64,000 nucleotides of DNA from Negaprion brevirostris (taxonomy: Eukaryota): NCBI GenBank assembly GCA_030324005.1, contig JARDVH010000132.1, positions 99,358,962 to 99,422,961 on the forward strand, given 5' to 3'. The stretch's first letter is position 1. Each line of letters starts with the position of its first letter. This document shows, in pieces, positions 1 to 12,200 of the stretch. Position numbers and translations under genes: made by a program. Below the pieces are notes generated by a model. The model ran no database searches. It worked only from the letters and a program-made list of their open reading frames with translations, and was not told the DNA's origin.

Positions 1-864
1 TCCCCCCATAAACTTTAAACTATCAAAATCCTAGATTTTCTGAAGGAAATCTTGGTCAAACTGTGATTGTTCCAAATTTATGTGTATCCTTTATTGTTTA
101 TAGGGTACACTCAAACTACAACTGCAGCACTAGTGTAAAGCAATTTGTTTCACTCCAATGATATTGTCATGGTGAAAATGCAACCTGAATCTAGGGTGAA
201 GGCCTGTCCTAATAGCAAAAGCAAAGAGATTGCAAAACACTTGTGGAGAAAGTCTCACTCCACTTCGGAATCAATCTGAATATTCACATTCAATTTAAAC
301 TCTAAGGTTTCAACTAAACTTTTCATGAGTGCATTACATGCCTCTAAAATTGGGTTCTCAGTAATATCCTTTCAGGGTTAAAAATATATGAGGTAGATTG
401 GAATCTTGGTGCATCCATTTTATGCACATAAAATGGGCAAAACAAGAACCAATTTTACAAAACAATATCCTATGCCCTAAGAATACCAGAAAGGCACTTC
501 CCCCAGTTGTCGGGTATCCCTGGTGACCGCCCACAACATGCAACAGCCTCATACATATGTAAATGAGGAGTCTAACACATGTACAAAATTGGATACCAAT
601 GAGTTGAGTAGGATCCTAACCAAGTAGGGATTCATGAGCAGCCATAATGCTAAGTTTTTTTTCAAAGAAGAAAAATACTTTATAATTCTCCTTTGGATCT
701 AGAAGGAGAAAGGAAGGACTACTGTTCCATTGTATCCCAATTGCCCTACACCCTCCCAGTCTCTGCATTCTCCCTCAATGCCTTCTCACATCCTTCCTGT
801 GATTTACCTTTGGGACACTGTATGTGAAGGAATAGGCTCAAAAAATGCCTTTTCAAAATAGACA

Positions 865-1078
865 TGATGAGAGGTCACATGACACCAGGTTATAGTCCAA
901 TGGGTGTATTTGATATCACAAGCTTTTGGTGCAATGCTCCTTCATCAGGTAAAGTCACTTCACCTGACAAAGGAGCATCGCTCTGAAAGCTTGTGATTTC
1001 ACAAATGTATTGGATTATAACCTTGTGTCATGTGACCTTTCACCTTGTCCACCTCAGTCCAACACTGGCATTTACATA
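865..1078. mobile_element. Penelope-derived palindromic (hairpin) short element
   Basis: Internal inverted repeat centred near 955 (ggtcacatgacaccaggttatagtccaa...ttcatcaggt / acctgacaaaggagc...ttggattataaccttgtgtcatgtgacc). Flanked by a 12-bp direct repeat tcaaaatagaca (853-864, 1079-1090). Family name is from recall. Confidence 0.7.
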
Positions 1079-1860
1079 TCAAAATAGACAAGTTGGAGAT
1101 ATAACAGGAACCGGCACCTTCCCCAGTCTACATTAAAAAACTGGACTTAGGCCTCTGAGATGGGGCAAAATGCCCCTCTCATGACTGAAAATGGGCCTAA
1201 AGCAATTTCTACCTTCATATTACTCCATTATTTCATGATAAAATGCAATGTAAATATTGCATTAATTACAGAGAACATGCAGGAAATGTTCTTCTCTAAC
1301 TTTGCTTTGCTTATCACTATTTGTCCAGCACGTTCACTTCTCAGTCCGAAGGTTTATTAGCCCATTATCTCTTAACCATATCTTTATACAGCAAACTGCC
1401 CAAAAGAATAAATCATGGTGTTATTAGGCTGGCATTCATTGTACAATAAACACACAGGAGCACAAGTGCTAAAAATTAAAGAGAGAGCCCAGCAGCATAA
1501 CAGAAAACATGCATTTTAAAATTCAGAAGGTGCTGGTTATTGGCCTTAGGCTATCTGACAGTCAAATCTGCCAGTCTTAATTGTGATACGCATCGTCAGC
1601 CCCAAGGGAAGGAAATATTGACATTGCTTATGTCAATGATAACTATAGGTACATATCCTGTCAGTCAAACGTGAAGAGGCACTGGCAGCAGCGAGAGAGA
1701 ACATCATAGCCTCAATGCCCTTTGGAGGAGTATACTGAAATAATACTCATTGTATAAATGGTTGCACTGTTTTGCCCAGTGCTTTTCCAGTTGTAGAAAT
1801 CAGAAACCCAGAAATGCACCAAGATGTCCGTTAATGTACAAGCTCAAACTCTGAAGTTAT

Positions 1861-2867
1861 TGATGAGAGCTATGTTTGTTCCTTTGTTCGGAACTTCCAA
1901 CCTGGTGATGCAAGAAGCAGAAACATTAGTGCTTTTTGCACTCAGGAAACACTAACTCTTGAGGGTTAGTTGAGGCAAGAGATAAATCTATTCTCTGAAA
2001 GTAAAGGGAGACAAAAATACCTTTCCAAAAGTGAACGAACGTAACAAATTGATTGATTCAGGTGCTCATTCACCAGTTGAGGGAAAACACAATTTGTTTA
2101 TTTATATGTTAAAACTATACAGAGACTTGCAGCCTGAAGGCTGCAATCAGCTCCCAAAGTGACTCTGAGTACAGAAGATGGCACTTAGCAGGGTGATCCC
2201 CACTCTGCTCCCCAATTGATTCTCCAGGTCATGTGACCCTTACTGTTCAGATTGATCCTTAAATGGACACCCATCACGGATCCTTATTACCGATCCTTAA
2301 TAACTTGAGTTATTATTCCCTCCCCCAGGTTACTGGTTTGTGTATGCATCTCTGGCTTTAAGGTACATGTGAGTGAGAAAGAAAGAAACTCAAAGGCAGG
2401 GGAAATAAATAAATAACTGATCTAATGCTCGAATTGGAACTGATCACAGTGCATCAGTGATTTGCTGTACTGTTGATATTTTGACTTTTTTTTAGTGGGA
2501 CACCTCAGTAGTACTTAATGTAAATGTGTTGGGTTCCTGAAACGGTGACAAGGACTTTATAAACAGTCATTTCTTCACTAGCCAACCAACTACTACATGT
2601 TTATACATTGCCCATGCTCCTGGCAAGAAGTCCCATGTTTCCCGACATGTGACCTTTTTGTAGGCATCATCATGCCACCACATGACCACTCAGTCTACAT
2701 CTTGTTTTTTTTTGTTTCTTTTACTTTTGGAGGATATATTTATCTCTTGCCCAAAGTAACCCTCAAGGACTTGTGTTTCCTGAGTGCAAAAAGCATGAAT
2801 GTTTCTGCTTCTTGCATCACCTGGTGGGAAGTTCCGAACAGAGGAAAACCAAACATAGCTCTCATCA
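1861..2867. repeat. Inverted repeat, ~160-bp arms (1861-2017 and 2709-2867)
   Basis: tgatgagagctatgtttg...gttcggaacttcc...gtgatgcaagaagcagaaacatt...tgctttttgcactcaggaaacac...ggcaagagataaat appears on + at 1861 and on - from 2867. Confidence 0.85.
2060..2328 (-). mobile_element. LTR-like relic with adjacent polypurine tract
   Basis: cccactctgctcccaattgattctccaggtcatgtgaccct resembles the 35590-35635 LTR core. Minus-strand AATAAA near 2100; ttccctccccc (PPT on minus strand) at ~2316-2326. Confidence 0.4.
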
Positions 2868-3133
2868 GTTTGTACAACTGGTGGCATGAGATGTAACAGT
2901 GTGCGCAATCAGAAACTATAACAGTGTATTTTGTAACATACAGCTTAAACAGTCCAACAATGCATCACTATTTATATCATAAGGCATGGATTAAGTTGTT
3001 GCAGCTGATGTATACCCCCTCCATGTTTTCCTCAAATTGACCAAAATCTGTCACCAGCTAGAGAAAGACAAATCAAAGTGGCAGAGTTCCTTTGTGATTC
3101 TACTGATTCCTACAAAAGCAGAGATCATCATGT

Positions 3134-3612
3134 AATAAAAGCAGGATATGCTGGAAATGCTCAGCAGGTCAAGCAAAACCTGTGGAGAGAGAAATAGAGT
3201 TAACAGTTCAAATTGATGACCTTTAGAACTGGGAAAAGTGAGAGAAGTAATAGGTTTTGAGCAAGAAGTAGATGGGACAAGAACAAAGGAAATTCTGTAA
3301 TTGGGTAAAAGACCAGAAATTGAATGACAGAATATTCAGCATTACAGTGCCCAATGGAATGATGATGGGGCAAGAAAAGAAATAAAGCATGTGCCTTGAA
3401 CATGTGCTACTATCTGCAAATGGAAATGAGAGGAAAACTGAAACAGGCAAAGAACAAAATGCTATGATCAAATTTGCAATCTGAAATTGTCGAACTGAGC
3501 ATTAAGTCCAGAAGTTGTAAATTGCCTATTCGAAAGATGAGGTTCTGTTCTTCAAGATGATAATGTTTTTCATTGGAACAGTATAGCGGACCAAGGACAG
3601 AGATATCAGTGT
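3134..3612 (-). mobile_element. Degraded Penelope-like element 3' end (GIY-YIG C-terminus relic)
   Basis: Minus strand ~3600-3480 reads ...LYCSNEKHYHLEEQNLIFRIGNLQ..., resembling the LEEQHLIFRLGTLQP end of Penelope ORFs. The terminal repeat sequence atgctggaaatgctcagcaggtc is at ~3147. Confidence 0.6.
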
Positions 3613-3744
3613 GACATCAACAACAAAAAGAAAGAAAGGGCACAAGAAACTGCAAAATGGTTTAAAAAGCTACAAAAGTGCAGCACAAAAACTTTCTTGC
3701 TTCATTATCGCACACAAGAAGTCAATATGCACCAGGCTTTGCAA

Positions 3745-4835
3745 ACATTGAGGTGACAACCTGGTGAAACTACAACACAGGACTACATGAATAGTGGAAG
3801 CAGTATTCAACAGACAGAGCAAAGCAATCCCACAACCAATGGATCAGATCAAAGCTCTGGCCACAATTCATCAGGAACAGTGGTGGATGATTGAACAACT
3901 AACCAGAGGAGGAGGCTCCACAAATATCCCCATCTTCAATGAGGGGAAACCCAGCAAATCAGTGCAAAAGACAAGGCTGAAGCATTTACATTCATCTACA
4001 GCCAGAAGTGCCTAAGGATGATCATGTTGCTTTCTTTTAGGGGGCCCAATATCACAGATGCCAGTCTCCAACCAATTCAATTCACTCCACATAATGCCAA
4101 GAAATTGCTAAGTGCATTGGATATTGCAAAAGTTACATGCCCTGAAAACATTCCAACTGAAGTACTGGAGACTTGAGGTCCTGAATTTAGTTATGCTCTG
4201 AGCCAAGCAGCAAAACAATGGCATCTGCTCAGCAATGTTGAAAATTGTCCAGGTTCACAAAAAACAGGACAAATCCAATCCAATCCAAGGCCAATCATCT
4301 CAGCCTTTGGACGTTGCTGCAGAAGTTCCCCAGTGCAGTATGCTATGCCCAACCATCTTCAATTGCTTCAGCATCAATCTCCTCTCCATCATAAAGTTGG
4401 AAGTAGGGATCTTTGCTTATAATTGCACAATGTCCTGTCTCATTTGTGGCTCCTCAGAAACTGAGGCAGTCCTTACTCATATGCAGTAAGACCTGAACAA
4501 CATTTAGATTTTGACTGAGAAGTACCTAATAATATGTGTGCCACATAAAGTACCAAGCAATGACCATCTCTAATAAGGCAGCATTTGACCATCTCCCCTT
4601 AAAACATTTTTTTAGTTAATTTTTACATTAGATTAACATCTCATTGTTGAATCCTTCAACATTAACATCCAAGGGGTTGCCCTTGACCGGAAACTTAACT
4701 GGATCAGCCATATAAGTACTCTGGCTACAACAGTAAGTCAGAGGCTGGGAATTCTGTAGCAAGTAACTCACCTTGTGACTCCTTAAAGTCAGTTCACTGT
4801 TGTGGCACAATTCAGGAGTGTGATGGAACACATTA
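3745..4835 (+). mobile_element. Degraded CR1/L2-group non-LTR retrotransposon fragment (RT region)
   Basis: Broken reading frames with GGGSTNIPIFNEG, EVPQCSMLCPTIFNCF and VGIFAYNCT (decayed GVPQGS..LGP and FADD RT motifs). Same family as the minus-strand copies at 38-41 kb and 56-58.6 kb. Confidence 0.75.
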
Positions 4836-6136
4836 CTTATTTCGCTAACAAGATTTCCTGAGAACTGGAAGACAGTGTTCCATCATTCCAGCAAGTACTG
4901 GTCCTCTGCATCTGCTCCAATGGAATAATGTATTTTGATGATGGGATCTCCTCTGAAGAATGTGAGAAGGGCAGGAGGGAAAGGAAACAAGGTGAGTGCA
5001 GGCAGTGTCCCAGAGAAAGACCTGAAAGCAAAGATTCACCTAGCACAGAGACTGGGAGCCTCATCCATTTCTCGCACTGGCAGAGACCTCCAGAGGTCAC
5101 AGCCAGCATGCTGGTTTGCAGATCCAAGCGCAACCTCTGTATCCACTAAAGCAGGCTTGCCACAAGAGTTGTCACTCTCTCAATGGAGGAGGGTATGCAA
5201 AGAAGATGCACAAAAGCTTTCCATATTCACATGGGTTCACAATGCATTGCAGAGGGCAATGTGCTTTTTCAATAGTTGGAACTTAAAGTAGAAAACTCTA
5301 TGGAAAGTCAATGGGCAAGTGCATGCATAATGAACAACTGTTGCTGAGTGAAAATTTGTCTGTTATGTCCATTTTTTATATGTAAGGTAGGACAGTAATT
5401 AACTTTTTAATATATTTCATACCCTTCACTCCAAGAATGCCTGAATAATATTTGACACCATATTAGTCTTGGACATTTTTTTGACATCCAGTGCAGTCAT
5501 GTAAAGCAGACATTCAGCAAATCTTCAAATTAGAACCCCTGTGAGCAATTAGACTACCAGCAAGAAAATATGTTTTCATTTAAAATAAATTATTTGGAGC
5601 CAGGAGGAGCAGGAGTATATAAAAAGCTTGCCCAATGTGATGTATGAGGCCTAGGGCATATTTTCGGGTGAGAACCAGGCATCGCAATTCATATTCACAT
5701 TATAGCCTCATTGTGTCCTTCATGCCAAAACCAAGCACCTACAAATTTTTATTGCACAACCTGAACATTGAGAGTTTACTTTCGGAGCTAATATGTTCTG
5801 TTGCCTAAGCAATGCAGTACATTATATAGTAGTGCAATGGCATACCAGATAATATCACCATTTTAAATTGATCTTACTGACATCAACATTTTCTACAAGG
5901 TCCAATTGCTATTTTTTAATGCAACAACCATTTCTTTGTTATAAAAGAAGAAACATTTCACCACATGTCTGTCTCAAAAAGATGTAAACAATAGCTGAGG
6001 AGAGTTGACTGGAGCAGTTTCAGAAAAACTTGTGCCAAAAATTATTTTGCAGTTCAATTGAATGGCAAGCATTTTTGCATAGCTTCCCATAAGAAATGGT
6101 CTGGGAAAGTGGTACAGCAAGAGCCAACCTATTATG

Positions 6137-6250
6137 AAAACAGAAAATGTTGTAAACACTCAGTAGGTCAGGCAGTTGCTTGAACTGCTGTGTATTTCTG
6201 GCATTTTCTGTTTTGTTTCAGATTTCAAGCATCTGCAGTATTTTATCTTT
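6137..6250. mobile_element. Short palindromic Penelope-derived relic
   Basis: aaaacagaaaatg...ctcagtaggtcaggcag / ...cattttctgtttt forms an inverted repeat; related to the 3134-3200 sequence. Confidence 0.5.
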
Positions 6251-8408
6251 GCATGAGAGTGCAAGGTGTCTTTCAGACATGTTAACAATGCGGTTGTTCA
6301 GTATGATTTCCTGTATCTTTTCTGTGCTTAGTTGAACCTGGAAAGGAAGCAATGTCTGCCAGTGTACTTGAGGCCTTCAGTGAGTGGCCTGAAGAAGCCG
6401 GAGTGTATGGTAGAATACAACATTTTGATTTGATATGTTTCCATTTTGTTTTATAGAAAATTCGGATTTTATTGTTTTCATCTTTAAAAATAAGGGGCTT
6501 TTGTTTAATTCTGACTGATGAGCTTAGATTCAGAGCAGAATAGCAGCACAAAACCTGCAGCCAAACTCAACATGCTTCCAGCTCCAGCACATTGCTCATG
6601 CATACAGCTGCCAAGCTACCCTTTCCCACATCTTGTGGAGAGGAGATGCCTTCTCTGTGCATATTGGATGGGTGGGTATGGTTCAGCCTGAGTTGACCTC
6701 GGTGCTACTGGGAGCAAGGAGACACACAACAAATGTGACCACTCCAACCCCCTTCAACACAATCCAGACACACAGGGCCATGCCCAGAACTATCACTTTC
6801 CAATAGAAACAATAGAATTATTGTTCATCTATTGCATATGGAAAGTAGGAAACTTTTTGCCTGCCACGTCTTAGTATAAATGAATATTTCTTCTTTAACT
6901 TCAGCCACTGGTAAAAATCGAATTTACAGTTTCTGAAAACCATGAGGGGGTGAGGGATTTAGCTAATTTAAAAACTAAATCAGCGCATGCAGCAGCAAAA
7001 TCCCAATGTGTTGTCGTGATTGCTCTGCTTACAGAGGGAAGTCTTGCTCCATGTGAACATAAGTAAAACAATGGGAAAACTGCAATCAATTTGGCACGAA
7101 AACTGCCGAATAGAAGACCGCACCTCCCCTCCCCTTCACAACACTAAACCAATGGTCGAGTTTATACCTTCATGGCGAGGATCTGCTTTTAAATATCGTC
7201 AAACAATAGGGAATTTCTTGTAAATGATTAGAATATACAGCTCGACGAATTCTATCGTGGGCTGTCTGTCAGCTAATTCATGTAAATAGTATTGGGAATC
7301 TATAAAGAATAATAGTATTGGCCTATCTCGTTTTCCAAAAACTTCATTGTATGGCTCTGCATATTTGTCACCACTAATCTGTGTAAAAGAATCCAGTGAT
7401 TTCAGTAGGACTGAACTGGAAAGTTTCATTCACTACACCCAACAGTCCAAGAGCACTTTTATCTCTGAAAAAAATCATTAATATTCTATTTTATGCACCT
7501 CGCGGCTGCAACGAGTTAATAAGCAATGAATGGGTATATATATTCCTAAACAACAGTATCGTTCATGTTGCATAGTCTCTGCACAAATGGGGATTAAAAC
7601 ATTTGGAGAAGGCAACATACTTTGTGCTATGCTGCAGTTACTGCGTGGCTGGAGAAAAGGCTTCCAGCTAAGCAACACCTCAACTCTCTTCCCAAGACAT
7701 TCCACAGATTCTGAATGGATATATCAATGCGCTGAGCTCCTCTCTCGGCAGTTAGATTATGAAAGCATCGAGGGCAGTGTCAGCACTCAATAAATATTTA
7801 TGTTAACAGGTGTTTTGTGCCTGCGAGGTCCACCGGACCCCTCTCTCTCTAAGTGAGTTTGACACTTTTGGAGTTATAGCGCATGGATGTCAAGCCAGAA
7901 AGTGTGATACATCAGGGAGTTCGCGTTGCTTTTCTCCAGGGACAGATTCGTGCTCTGACCCTCCATTTGTACTATAACTGCTTCAGGGACCGTATGGTTG
8001 GCGTGGAACCGAATCCTTCACAGTGCAAGGCGGTCAAAGTTACGAGGTTGCTTCATCCTGATTAACTCTCTCCCGCTATGCCATATTAGATTGACTAGTA
8101 AATATTAATCACTGATGGTGTTCTTACTCAGCCTGCGGAGGAACAAGGTCATATGTTCAACAATTGTTCTAAACCAATCACATGAACGGTCTGTAAGTTT
8201 TTTTTACATTGGATCTATGGTGTAAAATTTGGCGTAAGGCTTATAACAGAATAACATTCCGTAAGCACTGGCGCAAAAAATACTTATCATGAGGCTTCCC
8301 TTTAGCGTCGCATACCATTTTAGCATTGACTGCCACGGAATTCAGAGGTGTAAGTTTGGCGGACATTAACTGTGATTGGTTTGTCTGTTGTCACCTGNNN
8401 NNNNNNNA

Positions 8409-8566
8409 GTGTTGGCTTATTGGCCGTGCTAAATTGCCTCTTAGTTTTAGGGTGTTAGGGTAACTAAGTAGGGTTTTGGGGCTCGGGCCTGGGTGGGACT
8501 GTGGTCATTGCAGACTCGGTGGGCCGATTGGCCTCCTACTTGCACTGTAGGGTTTCTATGATTAGA
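8409..8566 (+). mobile_element. HE1-like V-SINE 3' half with CR1-type tail
   Basis: V-domain ttggccgtgctaaattgcc followed by the tail gcagactcggtgggccgattggcctcct...cactgtagggtttctatga. The 5' part is lost next to a gap. Confidence 0.7.
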
Positions 8567-9190
8567 ATCAAGGTGCTTCCAACACTTTCAAACGCAAAAT
8601 CGCTTTAAAATCTTACAGTATCCATAAACATAAAAACGTGTGATACAAATGTATAATTCAGAATCAAACGTGTACAACTAGTGTGTTATTTATTCTTAAA
8701 ATCTCCCCTAGAAGCATTGTATTATCTTAGAACGTCAACCAGGGTCAGCTGGATGTCCAGATATCTCACTTCAAATGGTGCACGGCGGAAACATTGTAAT
8801 GTCCGCTGTAACTAGCCAAGTTAAAGAATCTAGTCTAAATGTGATAACTAAGAGTGTTATGGGCTGGGCACGCGAGATTGAAATGTAATTTCTTTTCTCT
8901 TGCCTCATATAATGCAATGCATTTGAACTGAAAATATAAACATGGCTTCTTTATAGAAGACAGTTCAGATGTTAACATTTGAGATTTATTTAAGCATCTG
9001 ACTAACCAGCACACGACGCTTCGAGATGTTTGGCCTTTTTTTCTGTCCATGACACCAAAGCAATTAAGACAATAAAACCTTGGGTTGGAATTATGAACTT
9101 TGCTGGAAGAAATGCAAAACTAAATCATTTCACCCCTACTCTCGTCCAGAAATCACTATCGTCTGCTCGTCTCGTACAATGAATATACAT

Positions 9191-9297
9191 GATTTGGAGA
9201 TGCCGGTGTTGGACTGGGGTAAACACAGTTACGAACTTTCGGGGCGTTTGTTACCAAATAAACCTGTCGGACTTTAACCTGGTGTTGTGAGACTTCT
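9191..9297. mobile_element. Internally deleted copy of the same Penelope-derived element, opposite orientation
   Basis: Shares gatgccggtgttggactgggg and aaataaacctgtcggactttaacctggtgttgtgagac with the 865-1078 copy. 16-bp TSD tacaatgaatatacat (9175-9190, 9298-9313). Confidence 0.7.
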
Positions 9298-12200
9298 TAC
9301 AATGAATATACATACATACAGTGCGACAAATATAACAGATAACTAGTAGAAATGCCAAGTGTCAGGTAAAGGGTCAGGTAAAGTATAGCAAACATCAACT
9401 AGGTGGTAACTAGCGACCCCAGTGTTCTCACAGTTGTAAGTTAGATAATACAGGAACTTGTTTGAAGACCCCCTCCCCCCTGCGTCCACAAATATAATGA
9501 TTCATGCCAGTAAGAGATATATAATTTGTGCTTCTCTTATGAATCAAACCCAACTTCTAATAGAAAAGGATACAAACTATTTGGAGCTTTCTAATGTGCC
9601 CCATACTTATTTTTGCCATTCAATTGCCAGAAGTAGCTGTAATGTTACATCACATGATCGTAACCCATCCACTTGGATAGTAACTGACGTATTCGGAAGA
9701 AGTCAGTCTTGTGTTTCGGAGAAAGTGCAGCCAGCAACCTATATAACTGTATTTTATATCGTGCAATAATATGTGTAAACTCTACCTGTATAAGCCAAAG
9801 TTCCNNNNNNNNNNNNNNNNNNNTTCGCAGTGAGTGCAACGCTGAATATTCGAGATTGACCGTTGTGTAGCGGGGACCATATAAACAGGCTACCTGAAGT
9901 TCGGTTCGGTCAAAAAGCGAGATACTTTGCATCACCTGCTTAATATTTCAAAGGATGGAGTCTTCCATTTGGCATAATGGAATAACTATATGGAAATAGG
10001 ACGTCGACACGAAAGTCTGACTTAGGGCATTCATAGCGTGGTGAAAGAAAAATGAGTTAGTTGAACTGCTGGTACATTACTAAGAAACGTGTGCACCCAG
10101 ATACACAAGAGTGGGCTGAGAGATAGGAACATATTTTCAGAGGTCTGCTGGATCGAGAAAGCGTCTGATAACTCATCTTTTCCCATGAATTTCAAAATTA
10201 ATGAAGCTTTTTTGGAAGGTTAAATAAATCACATGTCATTTGTATATTAAAGAATTGTTTTACAAGTTTGCTAGACACTTTTAGGTTTAGCTTGGTTTCA
10301 TTATACAGTATAACCCAACTAATGAAAATGCATTTTTTCCAAACAATATAGCCTATTCACAAAAAATTATATGAGTACAGTATACAAGAATTCAAATATC
10401 AATTTGATATTAAATAAAGTGCATTACAAATCAGTTTCTGTCAATACTGTACATGAGGTGCTGGACTATACTTGTCACTGCCGGTTATGTTTACACTGTA
10501 CATTTGCATCTCATGTCAAACATTCTCTGGTGCACATACCCTGAGGTGCTTTACACAGCCTTCAGCTCTTGGGTGTACTATGTTGAGAAGCTTTAGACAG
10601 CGACTTTTTCCCTTTGAACGTTTGTGGCCGCTGCTCCAAGAGTTAGTGCGTCCCTCAGCACTTTATTCTGAACCTTGAATAATCCTACCGACAAGCATAC
10701 ATGACCCAGCCGAAATTAAAAGGGCCTTTCACAATCTTAGGATGTCCACAGCCCTTTCGGGCCAATGAGGCAATAAATAATGAGCTGCAAGGGACCAGGT
10801 AGCCAGGTTTACGTAATGTTATCTAGATAAAACTTATTTCAATAGTTTAAAAAGCTGTAAATACTATTGTATTCTATGTATGTTATAATTTCGTACCAAG
10901 TAATGTCAAATGATAAAACGTACAATGGGTCTTTCACTGTCTAATTTTGGAAACGAGAAGGTAATAAATTAGTGACCTTTTACTGTGCATTACATAATGT
11001 TACAGAGGACCATTTTAACGATAGTCTATCTCTCTAAAAGTAAATATTTATTCAGCTTTAGTGTTGACACACTTCACTGCGATGCGATAATGGTCCATTA
11101 TTCAAATTTTCAACTATTCTATTTCAGTTTCACTAAATCAACAGATGAAAATTATAGTTTATTGTCTTCTGTTCTATTTTTTCTGACTGATGTAATTTTT
11201 TACGGAAAGTTTGAAAGAACTGCGAGTTCAATCTTGACGAAGTAAGGAACACTCAAATATTTTGGCACGCCATTCATGTATAATCGACTTCAAAATCAAT
11301 GTTCCTTATATGACTGGCCGAGACTTCATCCGACTAGTCGTTCAAGAAAAAAAAGTGACATGATACAGTTGCTAAAACGTCTCATGTTTCATAATGCTGA
11401 TATTAACAATATAAATTATATGAACTGCAAAATCACAGAATAGGTAACTGCATTTGCAAGTTTAATTTGCATCTTATTTACACACCGACAAAGCTGTCAG
11501 CATTAATCTCTGAAATAAACTGGTTGATTCAACTAACTGGTGAACTTGAGTGAGGTTGTTGTGACAGAACAACATTGATTAATTTTTTTTTAGAAATAGC
11601 CCCTCGGAAATAGTGTTGAGTCTTGCTATGAAATAGCATTTAATGTTAATAACCGTTTTGCTGCAGGTGATATGTACTCAGCGCATATTCCGGGGAAAAA
11701 GTATTTTTTTAACTTAGTTGCAGTTGCACTGGATTTCATTGGCTCCAATATTCACAAGCGGCTTGCATTTAACCTCGAGGCGCGCCAGATATCCTTCTTC
11801 GAGCGCCCTCTCCCCACTGTTTCAGTCAGTATAGTCTCTACTTCGACCCAAGCTTTTATCAGCTGAAATCTGATAATCAAAACAGTGGAGAATTATGTAT
11901 TTAAGTACTAGTATCTTAACCGTGACTGCAATAGAGAGTCGTGTAGCTTCTTGTTAAGTTTTACAATCGTTTGAACCTAAATTTAATAGTATAGGAAATT
12001 AAGGGATTAAAGAAGTGTTTTTTGCCCAAACGTGAAAATATGCGGCGATTTCATGTTCACAGTCTGGCATATTGGCATTATAGTGGGACTAAACGCACAA
12101 TATGAAAGGACTGAACACAAAATATTCACCGAGCAACAAGTTGGCTTGCAAATCCGCTCGATGGTTTGGGCTGAGATCGACTCTTTCTTTGGTGATGTGT

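Noticed and set aside
2650-2815. Homeobox-like reading on the minus strand (AFCTQETQVLEGYF...YPP)
   Set aside because: Needs frameshifts, lacks WFxNRR, and the inverted sister copy at 1861-2017 does not keep the pattern.
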